DNA of 63,464 nt, the filler included, from Folioceros fuciformis (Eukaryota), in the NCBI GenBank assembly GCA_049999805.1. It is 7 parts of 7 records of this genome, joined end to end, with 100 filler letters (N's around TTAATTAATTAA, not from the genome) between each part and the next. Parts side by side here need not be neighbours in the genome. Positions count along the whole stretch, not along the records: positions 53,283 to 57,264 come from JBNGIO010005359.1; positions 57,365 to 63,464 come from JBNGIO010005360.1; 5 more parts are not named here. One strand, 5' to 3'. Of this stretch, positions 53,183 to 63,464 are shown one piece after another. Position numbers and translations under genes: made by a program. Numbering within the stretch: position 1 is the stretch's first letter; each line of letters begins with the position of its first letter. The notes under the pieces are model-generated. The model did no database searches. It was not told where the DNA came from and saw only the letters and a list, made by a program, of their open reading frames with translations.

Positions 53183-54805
53183 NNNNNNNNNNNNNNNNNN
53201 NNNNNNNNNNNNNNNNNNNNNNNNNNTTAATTAATTAANNNNNNNNNNNNNNNNNNNNNNNNNNNNNNNNNNNNNNNNNNNNTCTCGACAGACTATATGT
53301 GCTAGGTAGCTATGCCTAACAAATTACATACCCGCTCACGTCCGTATGTGAACCCCTTTCCTACGATAAAACCAACCTACCCAGCCTTCCGTGTGGTCTG
53401 TGTTGGTACGAAGTCAGGGAGAGGCTTGGCGGCGTGGGGTATTAGCTGCGAGATTCGGGCGCCATTGGAGTTAGCGGTGGTCGGCTCGCGGAATCGAGCG
53501 CTTCTCTGGTGAGACGTGCTGTTGCTGACTCGCAGCGCCGGCGCTGGGCTTCCAACTTGCAAGGTATAGCGTGTTGTGCTCTGCTTTGTCTTCCTTCTAC
53601 TTGCTGCTCCAGAGCCATTTCCTCTCTTGCCTCCTAGTCTGCGCCTTCCTTTTGTCCTCTTGAATGATGTCGCATTTTACACCGTGGGATGGTATCCTCT
53701 TACGCGACCTAGGGTTCCGTGTATCGGCCCCCCCTTTCCTTGCTCCTCCACCCGATGGTGAATGGTTTTGGTCCCCCTAGTATCCCATTGGTGTATAGCT
53801 CGTTATTTCTTAGCGGGAGCTGATGCTGAGCGCCTTGCGTCTGCCCTAGTCCCGCCTCCTCGCAGCCTTCGGATTTGGATTCTGATCCTCTATCGTCTTT
53901 GACGCGGTCGGTTTCTTGGCTCCTTGTAAGTTTCGGATGGAATGAGGAGATTAGTCTGGTGTTTTTGATATCTAGCTCTGGAACACGGGTAACCGTGTTT
54001 ACTCACTTGTCTTGGCTGTTAGTGGGAAGGGGATGTCCTTGGGCGGATTAGTTTTCCTACTCCGTGCTTCATGTTGTGTACCTGATGCTACCGCTACCCC
54101 TTGTCCCATCGCGCACTGTTGTATGTTGGTCCGCTGCAGCTTTGATACTGATGGGTTATTTGGATCAAGTCTTTGCAGGGGGAAACAGGTCTCGTGCCTC
54201 ACGTAGAACGGGTGCACGTGTTGTGCAAGATCCAGGTGCGTATTTCTATCTGCAGAACTTGCAGACAGGATGACTCTTTCCTTTCCTCATGTAGGAGCTG
54301 CTGTTAACATATATTTTGTCGTGAAAACCTAGGTTGCATGCCGGAATGGCATCTGGCACTGCAGATTTGGTTGTAACTGATGTTGGTAGCTTTGTGTTGC
54401 CTGTAGTAGGTCGTTTCCATTTCTCAAGTGTGGCTGCGCCATTTTACTGCAGTGTACTTTTTCTGAATGACTGTAGTACACAAATGTCTTGGGTCATAAT
54501 GTTGGAGTCACCATTCTGTGTAAAGGGATGTGCTGTAGTTCTTAGAGAATCGGTTGTGGGAGAACAGAGGAGGAGAGCGGAGGAGGGTGAAGGGCCGAAG
54601 AAGGAGGTGGAGGTGACGTGCCTTGTTGGGTTTGGAGGAAGAAGGTTGGAGAAACTTGAAAGCTGTGCGCAGTTTGGATGAATCTGTAGTCAGGACGGAC
54701 GTATTTAAACCGTTCTACTTCTCTGGGATAAAGCACTCCATCAGGGGTTAACACAGGGCACGTCACCGGATAACTTATTGAAGGTGCCTCTATAGAGCAG
54801 GCTGG

Positions 54806-55908
54806 ATGTCGGTTGTCCTGGATACTCAGGCTAAGCTCGGTATGAGCCTGGATGACCTGACTCGAGGCTCTGGTCGTCGTATCCAAAGTGGAATTGTCAG
54901 CAAACGGGCCTTCCGTCGTAGTACTCCTTACAAAATGTTTCCTAGGGAGAAAAATGGTAATGGTGGAGGTGGCAGCGGTGGTTTTCCTCGGCCAAATGGA
55001 AGGTACCAGTTAACTTACAGACGTTGTTGTTGTTGGTCTTCCGTTGTTGTTGTCCTTGGTCTTCCGATGTTGTGAGTTTCCCTCTTTTCATTAGCATGCG
55101 ACTGGTCGTGTCTTGTCGTTTTTTGTTCTAGCTGTGTTGTTGTGTGTCTCTCTCATGTTTCTTCCTTTGTGTGTAGGCCGCTTGTTGAGCTCTGCAACAA
55201 CTGCAGGAGGTCTGGACATTTTGCTAGGGACTGCCCAAACGCAGCAGTCTGCAACAACTGTGGTTTGTCTGGGTATAACTACTACCTTTTGACTCTGATT
55301 CGCAGGGGGCAGCTGGATGTCGTTGGTTTGCTTTCAGAAGTTTGGCATTTTATGTGCTGATTGTGTCTGTTGCCTTGTCCCACAGGCACATTGCCGCAGC
55401 ATGCCCAACTGAGCCGCTGTGCCGAAATTGTAAGAAGCCTGGACATATTGCGAGTGAATGTCATAATGAGCCTGTGTGCAACGTTTGTGGAAAGCCAGGC
55501 CACATTGCTAAAGGATGTGCGGCCCAAGAAGTTGGATTACCGAAGTCGAGGCTCTGCAACAACTGCTACAGACCTGGCCATGTTTCAGTGGATTGTCCCA
55601 ACGAGAAGGCTTGTAACAACTGCCGCCAGTCTGGTCATCTGGCCCGAGACTGCATCAACAGCCCAGTATGCAATGGGTGTAGCCAGGCCGGACATATAGC
55701 CCGCGACTGCCCCCGACTTGGCAGTGCAACAAGAGGAGCAGCTGTGCCTGCTTTTGTGGATATCGTCTGCCGGAATTGTAAGCTCCCCGGCCACAAGAGC
55801 AAGGATTGCTTGCAGGTTGTGGTATGTAACAACTGTGGTGGTCGAGGGCACATGGCGGTCGAGTGTCCCTCAGACCCTGGGCTCTCCCGAAGCATCCGCC
55901 GCCGGTGA
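54806..55908 (+). CDS. CNBP/GIS2-like protein with nine CCHC zinc knuckles and an ALY/REF-like N-terminus
   Basis: Exons 54806-55002, 55177-55272 and 55386-55908 join in frame (GT-AG, both phase 2). Nine CX2CX4HX4C motifs. The N-terminus carries KLGMSLDDL and RRSTPY. Confidence 0.9.
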
Positions 55909-56223
55909 TACATCGTGGTAAGATGCAATTGTTTGATGGGATTGCGCCTGACTTTGCGACAGGAGAGCGAACCGGAACAATTTTGTACCTGGAGCGTGTT
56001 GCAACGGAGTTGATCATCACCACTGTCTCGATATCAGTGCGTCGTCCAAGCTTTTTGGATAGTGTGAGAAACCGGGGCCTTACTGGTTTTTACTGGCTTT
56101 ACTGGGGATAATTGATCTCAAGATTGAGCACTGGTGTTGGACGAGCTGGGCTCTTGAATGGAATGAACAATGTGAATCAGCAACGTTGTTGCCAGCAATG
56201 TAATGAGTCGGGCTGTTGAATGC

Positions 56224-56349
56224 GACGAGCATTCAATATTAACAAGTTGTCAACAATATATTGTGTAAGACGAGCATTCAATATTAACAACGTTGTCAAC
56301 AATATATTGTGTAAGACGAGCATTCAATATTAACAACGTTGTCAACAAT
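56224..56349. repeat. Tandem repeat, 45-46-bp unit x3
   Basis: gacgagcattcaatattaacaacgttgtcaacaatatattgtgtaa at 56224, 56269 and 56315. Confidence 0.9.
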
Positions 56350-56393
56350 GTATTTTACTCCCGAGTAATACACGTGATTCGAAGGAGTGTCAT

Positions 56394-56860
56394 CACTAAG
56401 TAACTAATGTCTCTAAGTAACTAATATCCCTAAGTAATTAATTTCGCTAAGTAATTAATATCGCTAAGTAACTAATGTGGCTAAGTAATTAACTCGTTTG
56501 TCTATTAGCCTGTTCCAAGTAACTTGTTGTCCACAAGATAACTTTTGCCTCTAAGTAACTCTTGTCTGCCTACTAGCCTATTCCAAGTAACTTGTTGTAT
56601 GCCAAGTAGCCTGTTGTACACCAAGTCGCGCAAAGTATTATGTTTACTAAGTAACATGTTGTCTGTCAATTAACTTGTTTGAAGTAACTTGTCATCTACT
56701 ACATAGCTTGTTGTCTGCGAACTGACCTATTCCAAGTAACTTGTCGTCTACCACATAGCACTAACTAACCAGTAACNNNNNNNNNNACTAACTAACCAGT
56801 AACTTGTCATCTACTACATAGCTTGTTGTCTGCGAACTCACCTATTCCAAGTAACTGTTG
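56394..56860. repeat. Array of AAGTAAC-core short repeats (17-bp period, then looser ccaagtaacttgttgtc units)
   Basis: ctaagtaa(c/t)taat x6 at 56396-56492, then many aagtaacttg copies. Confidence 0.8.
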
Positions 56861-59299
56861 GATAATATGTGCTAATTAATAATTGCGGCTAGTTATTATA
56901 GTTTAAAATAATTTAACTTACCCGTTCGCTAGGGTTACACCGCTTAGCAAAAGGGTGTACCGTTTTGTAAGTAGCTGTAGTTTAAGTTGGGCTTATTTAT
57001 CAAGAATACATACACATGACAAGCATGAATGTAATGTAATATAGCCAATTAATGTAAATATGTTTCCGCATGAATGTAATGTATGTTAAGCATGATTAAT
57101 GTTGATATTAATTAGTGCTAATCCAGCTTATTGAGTTTGTACTAATTAGTGGTAAGAGTGATTAAGGTTATGATTAATATATATATATTTAGCTTATTAG
57201 ACTTTGCTATGTTATGCAAAAAAAATATTGTAGGGTTTGGGGTCATTTATCCCATATTGGGCACNNNNNNNNNNNNNNNNNNNNNNNNNNNNNNNNNNNN
57301 NNNNNNNNTTAATTAATTAANNNNNNNNNNNNNNNNNNNNNNNNNNNNNNNNNNNNNNNNNNNNCCCCCTCGAATATCTCCTCCCCACAACCTTACCAGA
57401 CGCCATGAAACATGGCCGGCCTACAGCACTTGTCCAAACAGGGAACAAGAGTGGACAGGTCGAGAGAAAGACACATCCTTTACAATCAAGAGCTAGGGGC
57501 AAACCCCTTCACCTTGGTCATTACACCTTGTGATCCTTGAAGGATCAGAAAAGGAGCCACATGATGGAGGAGAAGAGGAGAGGAGAGGAAGAGAGGAGAA
57601 GAGGAGAAAGAGAGGTCTCACAATGTTTCTCACAGCTCTCTTCCATCTCTCTCATCTCTCTCATCTCCCTTGAAAAGGGAGCTCAAGAGGGTATTTATAC
57701 CCTCTAGAAAAGCTCCCAAGGAAGCTTCATAAGAAGATCACAAGAAGATCACAAGAAGCTTCACAAGAAGCTCACAGGAAGCTTCATAAGAAGCTCACAG
57801 GAAGCTATGCAAGAAGCTTCCTAAAAATTAGCTTAAGCTAATCTAAACTAATGATACTTAACTAGACACTAATCTTAGACTAATTACATTAGCCTAATTA
57901 AACTAATCACATTAGCCTAATTAGACTAATTACATTAGCCTAAGCACATTGGGCTTTAATAACCCTATGGCCCGGTACCGGACCTAAACTTTCCCAGGTC
58001 TGGAACCAAACCTATACCCACTCTTATAACCAAACCAACTATTTCCTGGTCAATTAACCTAATTAGCACAAAGAAAAATAGGAAAAATGACCAGAAAATC
58101 AAGGAAAATTAAGAAAAATAAGTAGAAAAAGAAAACCAAACCATACCATTTTTAACCCTTTTTCAACCAAAACAAACTACTACCCCAAACTTTGGAGGTT
58201 CACAATAGNNNNNNNNNNNNNNNNNNNNNNNNNNNNNNNNNNNNNNNNNNNNNNNNNNNNNNNNNNNNNNNNNNNNNNNNNNNNNNNNNNNNNNNNNNNN
58301 NNNNNNNNTATATAGACCTCCTAGTACCCTTCCTCTCCGCCAAAGGCCAAGGACAACCAGCCACCCCCAGACACTTGGTCTGGCCACCGATTCGCCCAAA
58401 GTACCATGGTCCAAGGAGACTTTGGGTATAAATACTCAAGTCTTATTCACAAGCTAAGCCATTTCACTCGCACTTCCACAAAAGAAATCACAACCTGCGT
58501 ATTTTGTCTCTCAAAATGGGAGTTCCGAAAGTTTTTTTCCTCTATACATGGTATGTCCGCCTTCATGACATACCACTGAGGAGAGAGTTGGAGGGCTAGG
58601 GTCCTTGCTGGCTAGCGTCTTGTGCCCCATACTAAACCCTTGGTGACATCTTGATTTGTTAAAACCCCTCTATCTAGTAGGAGACCGCTCTTCCCACAAA
58701 TGCATAGCAGCAAAAAACTTACCCCATGTGATCTTGATTTGCATAAGCATCATTGGCTCTAGGCATTACATTCAAGAAACATTAGGTTATGCTCAATAAT
58801 CACCTACAACCATGATGTGGTGCACCCTTCCTTATCCATGCAAATCATGGAATGTTGAAGTCTGAGCCACCCCCTTGTCTATAGGACAATGCACAGTAGA
58901 GTAGTGGCATGTGTTTGTATACAACATTTTTTCCTCGACCTACTTTCTCAAATTGTAGCAAGGCACCTTGTTGGGACCCATTTTGGCCCCTCTTCCACGT
59001 TTAAAAAGTGGATTGACCTCTTTGCATATATTGGCCTCCTTACAACTTTCTTGTATTTCACGCACCAGCACGCTTATGATGGAAAACAAGGTCTAATCAA
59101 AACGGTCGAATTCCACAAAGCCTGTTTGGAGCATTCTACCATTGGTACGATCCTAGCTTTGTATCCGCTTTTTATCAATTTTTGAAAAAGTTACATGTAT
59201 GGACATGTCTACACTAATTATTTATCACCTTTTTTTATTTATCTATACAAACCAGTGCTTCAACTCCTTAATTCAAAAATAGAAAAACAAGTAGTGTAG

Positions 59300-60740
59300 G
59301 TACGCCGGTCTACCGGTACACTCCTGCAGTCCAAGTGCGCCGGTCTACCAGCGCTCTCCTATAGTGTGGGTGCGCCGGTAGACCGGCGCACTCCTATAGT
59401 TAAGAAGGTATATTTAAGAAGTTTCAAACACTTAGGACTAAACATGAAATCGGACAAAACAAGAACAACGTGATACCCGCCAGAATATTGCGTTCAATGA
59501 TAGATTTGTATTTATGAACACCCGCAAATCCGCATATACTGACACAATACATGATGTTTGAGGTGTTACCCGACACATTTTTTCTGAATGTTAACGCATC
59601 GCTGAAAATAAACGCACATACATGTGGATACATGACACGAATTTCAAACGTTCAAATCCGACGAAGCCCGAAATGGCAGAATCTAAGCATTTTGATTAGA
59701 CCTTGTTTGGAAGTATCTTAAGATACAAGGCTTGTCTTATGGCAGAGGGGGATGTCCTACTTCCCGATGTGGATGATGGGCAAACATTTGCCCCAATTGC
59801 CCAATTCCAAGATTTCTTCTTGCTTAAAGCCTTATATGGCTTGAAATAGTGGAGATGCAAGTGATACATATTAAATAATGATGAGCATATGCATACTTAG
59901 ATTACACAAGCTAGGAAAGGATTCTGAACAGATTAGAAACCACAGCATGTGTGTGTGATTTGCCTATGTGTGTGGGCACACATAGGCAAATCAAATTGAT
60001 TCTTTGCATGTTCTCTATTGCTGCCATCCTTAACCACAAAGCCCCCCGCAAAGAAACTCGCAATTAAATCAGCCATGACCTCTTCTGTCCCTAACCCCAC
60101 TTCTACGGTGATTAACACCACCAAAGTAGAATTTAGAGACCGTGATCGCTTCAACAGAAGCGATTACGATATCTGGCAAATGAGAATCACATCCCTGTTA
60201 GAAGAACATGACCTAATGTCAATCACAGACGGCACTCTGCCACAGCCCTCACTCACCTCTACCACACTAGCTACCCTTGACCAGATAGCTGCATGGGACA
60301 AGAAAGACAAGAGGGCTCGCAAACATCCTGATATCTGCGATTGACAAAACAATGCTATAGCACACCCAAGGTCAGACGACCTCACATGATGTGTGGAAAG
60401 CTTTTAATGACATGTTCCTCTACAAAAAACAGCAAAGACCTACACATGAGAATAAGGAAAAAGTTTGTGAATTGGTGGGTGTGCGGCGGTAAACCGGCGC
60501 ACATCGGCCATAGAGCAGTCAGTCCCTTCATTTTGTGAGAAGAAGTGGAAGCAATGCGTTGGTATATCGGCGCACACCCAGCAATGCGCGGTCACAAGTA
60601 ATACTGAGTGATGCGACACGGGGGGAGTGCGCCGGTCTATTGGCGCACTCTCAACATCGAATGGGAAGAAAAAGTGCGACGGTCAACCGGCGCACTTATC
60701 CGGGAAGGATGGTGCGAAGTGCGCCGGTTGACCGGCGCAC
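59300..60740. repeat. Eight copies of a 22-bp palindrome GTGCGCCGGT-nn-ACCGGCGCAC in two clusters
   Basis: Copies start at 59300, 59335, 59370, 60481, 60554, 60627, 60674 and 60719. Confidence 0.88.
59700..60400 (+). pseudogene. Rearranged Copia fragments (RT piece, then a gag N-terminus related to element C)
   Basis: LLKALYGLK* near 59820-59850. TKVEFRDRDRFNRSDYDIWQMRITSLLEEHDL matches element C gag KVDFKEKDRFNGTQFDIWSLRVQTILKEHDL. Confidence 0.7.
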
Positions 60741-60786
60741 TTCCAATGCCTACATGAAATGTACCTACAAAAACACGCTCACATAC

Positions 60787-62000
60787 CTTGTTTCTTCTTA
60801 CCAGACTCGGCTCTGATGTTCCTTTTCAAGTAATCGCAGGTTGTACAGATCGAAAACCTATTGGTCTTCGGAATTCGCACCTTGTAGAAATGTGAAGCCC
60901 ACAATTGACAAATAAGAGTTAGACACACGGTACCGTTCCGCTCGTTGCATTTGCTGCTTGTACTCCATAAAAATTTCCTCTTTTGTGTACGAGTCGGGAA
61001 GATGGTACACTTCAATGTTTGGCATGCGTTCTGTAAGGAGGCAAAATAATCCAAGCACATGCAGCCATAGCGTGGTCTCGGGTGCGCTTTTCTACATGGA
61101 CAGAGCCCACCCACATAATGTTATCCAAAGCTCTTTCTTTTGTTGCCTCGTACCTGTTCGCACTGATACAGAAAACTCGTCTAAATGCGTCCCGACAACA
61201 GAGTATCTTGGCAGATCCAATGAGAAAAGCCACCGCTGTAGAGCGTCCATCCGAAGTACGCTTGACATCGAACAAGGTTTGCAAAAACATTTCTTGCTCT
61301 GTCCTACACACGTTTAGACATCGGTATTTCAAATCCCGAAAGCCTACTTTACCTAAGGATCTAAGACACTGCTTTGCACAACATAGTCTGCGGTAATCTG
61401 TAGAAATGCCGATCTCAGAGCACTTTTCCTTAGGTACAGTGGAGATTTTTTTCTTCCGACTGCGTCGATGATCACCAGGAACTTCAATCAAGGATTCAGA
61501 TGATGGTTTCAGATTGTATGTTTTTCGCGATGATGTGCCCGTTGTCTTGACAGCATCTACAGCCATGACATCCGCTTCTTCGCCTTCGGGTTGGAAGCGC
61601 TCCCCGCTCGATTATCCAGGTACTCAGTGTCCACTTGCAATTCCTTCCACATCCAGATAATCAAAGTTCCCATCCAAGATTGTGCAATCCGCATTCCACT
61701 TCAGAGGTGTTGTTTTCCTGATCGCAGGCATGAAAGGATATTGGGTTCGCAATGGGCTTGTTGGAGTATGGATGCCATCCAGAAGACTAAGACGTACAGG
61801 CGACGTTCGGAAGTCGATGTCGGGACCTTCTGAATCATCGGAAACAAAGCATCAAGACGCGAATAGAGAAGATCAGACTTTCAACTTCAACAAACAAATG
61901 CACGTCTTCAACCGAAGTTGTCGCCTACCTTGAGAGTTGAACTCCAATGTTTTCGTCGGCACCATGTCACATGAGGAAGAAGCCTGCCAATCCATACCAA
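60787..62000 (-). pseudogene. Decayed Sola-like DNA transposase, N-terminal Cys-rich half
   Basis: CCAKQC, CCRDAFRRVFCISANR, ERMP..HLPDSYTKEEIFMEY and LWASHFYKVRIPKTNRFSICTTC across three frames; stops upstream; catalytic domain not seen. Confidence 0.6.
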
Positions 62001-62352
62001 TGTCGCACTGATTAACCGCAAAGGAGCTTCCTTGCAGGATGCATTCTACCGTCACTCACCGATTCATTGAATACAGGTTACGCTGGCATAATTAAGCCGC
62101 CTTTTTGATATGAACGTTTGATCACCATAACAAATAGCTGTTGTTTGTTGGGAATGGTGCCTATAATCATTGTTCTAGCATAAATGCTGAGGACGTTGTT
62201 CAAACACTCTTCCTATTTCAGGCAACACAAATTCAACTTCACAGTTGACTTCAAATCTGTTCGTTGAATGCTTAAGCCATTCCTCAGTGCTTCTGCATCA
62301 ACCCAGGTGTTTTGAAGTTTTCTCGTTCGCTTCCTCTCATGCGCAGTCGAAG

Positions 62353-63464
62353 ATGGCAGTTGGCCGGTGTAGCAACAAGCAACTGAATGCCGCCATTGAT
62401 AAGGAAGTATTGGAGGCACCATCAAGGTTGAAGAAACCACGACAGGGGACGAAAGCTTTAGCTCGCGCCACATCTGGCCCCATTGTTGAAAGAGAAAACC
62501 AGAGGCGACCAGTGATCACAGTAGGCGATGTTACACCACAGCCACCAGCTCTCACATTGAAGAAAGACAATTCAGGAGGGAGCGTCCGTGCCTCGAACAG
62601 CAAAGCTAGCGAGGTTCATATTAACCATGTGCCTGTGAATGTGACTTAGGGTAGGGTGGCAGCAATTGTGGTAGTCAGAACCACAATATTCCAAATGCGT
62701 ACAACTTTGTTGAGCGTTTGAAGCTAAAAAAACTTGAAGACACACTTGCCAAAAGGTTCAACATAGACAAAGAGTGGTTTTTGGTCATCGAAGAGGAGCC
62801 AGAAGACTACAATTTGCCCTAGGTGCTGCTTGTGGCTCTATGGATTAATGGTTTCCAAGGCTTGCAAGACGAGGAGGCAGGGAGGCCTGGGTGGATTCTC
62901 TGAGCTCCCGTTGACGGCGTGGAAGACGAAACACACATCAATTTCATCTGCACGCGGCACCCACAAAGCCATATCACCGATGACTACGATAGCCACAGCC
63001 TGATTGTGGTCAATGTTGCGAAAGCTGTGCCACGGCACTGTGAACCGATGTGGCTAAAAACGGCTTTGAAAGATTGTCTGAATGTACAAGATGTTAGTAT
63101 ATGATTAGGTGAATGATTTTTTTAAGTTTATTAACCCAGCAAACCCTAAACCCTAATTACTTGCATCATGTGGGTCGAACAGGAAGGCGAACAGTTCTGT
63201 CGAACTGTCTTGCGCTTTGTTGCCGATTGCATCCTGAAGAACCGAGCCCTTGCATCCAGGATTGCCGGAGTACACCAATGGATTTCCACCCAAGCAGATT
63301 TCAGCGGCAGCGCAGGAGAGACCGGTGGAGATGCCGCGCATGCAGCCAGAGTTGTCGGAAGACAAGCTGCGTGAGGTGGAGGAGCTGAGCAGTGACCAAG
63401 ATAAGGAGATGGGTGGTTACTCCTCCACCAAAAACAGCCTAAATGAGGCTTTGGATGCTGCACG
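62353..63464 (+). pseudogene. Decayed ORF of unknown function, divergent from the transposase; possible accessory gene
   Basis: Protein-like frames (MAVGRCSNKQLN.., AYNFVERLKLKKLEDTLAKRFNIDKEWFLVIEEEP.., HINFICTRHPQSH) interrupted by TAG/TGA. Confidence 0.35.

Noticed and set aside
56394-56398. CACTA as an EnSpm/CACTA terminus
   Set aside because: It is part of the repeat unit, and no matching TAGTG end with a 3-bp TSD was found.
59300-60740. CRISPR-like look of the palindromic repeats with varied spacers
   Set aside because: Eukaryotic context, irregular spacing, degenerate repeats and no cas genes.

Overview
Eukaryotic nuclear DNA from a compact land-plant genome. Introns are short (~70-150 nt, GT-AG) and a BK/Slo-type K+ channel is present, which suggests a non-seed plant such as a hornwort or lycophyte (inference). 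The window is a gapped scaffold with artificial N-TTAATTAATTAA-N linkers. Positions 1-26 kb are gene-dense. They hold a spliced, probably secreted Glu/Lys-rich tandem-repeat protein that the ORF track misses, a 1.58-kb non-autonomous DNA transposon (TAT..ATA TIRs, 6-bp TSD), two tandem NPF/PTR transporters lacking ExxER/K, a CGI-58/ABHD5-like hydrolase, VPS4/SKD1, and a BK-like channel with no calcium bowl, cut by a gap. Positions 26-53 kb are a nest of Ty1/Copia elements up to three levels deep. One is full-length with paired LTRs and a TSD, two carry antisense TM-helix ORFs next to the 3' LTR, and one has a coiled-coil extension ahead of gag. This block also has solo LTRs, minisatellites and a 5'-truncated LINE. 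Positions 54.8-55.9 kb hold a nine-knuckle CCHC (CNBP/GIS2-like) gene with an ALY/REF-like N-terminus. Positions 59-63.5 kb hold a decayed Sola-like transposase with arrays of a 22-bp palindrome. All gene models were spliced by eye and no database searches were run.
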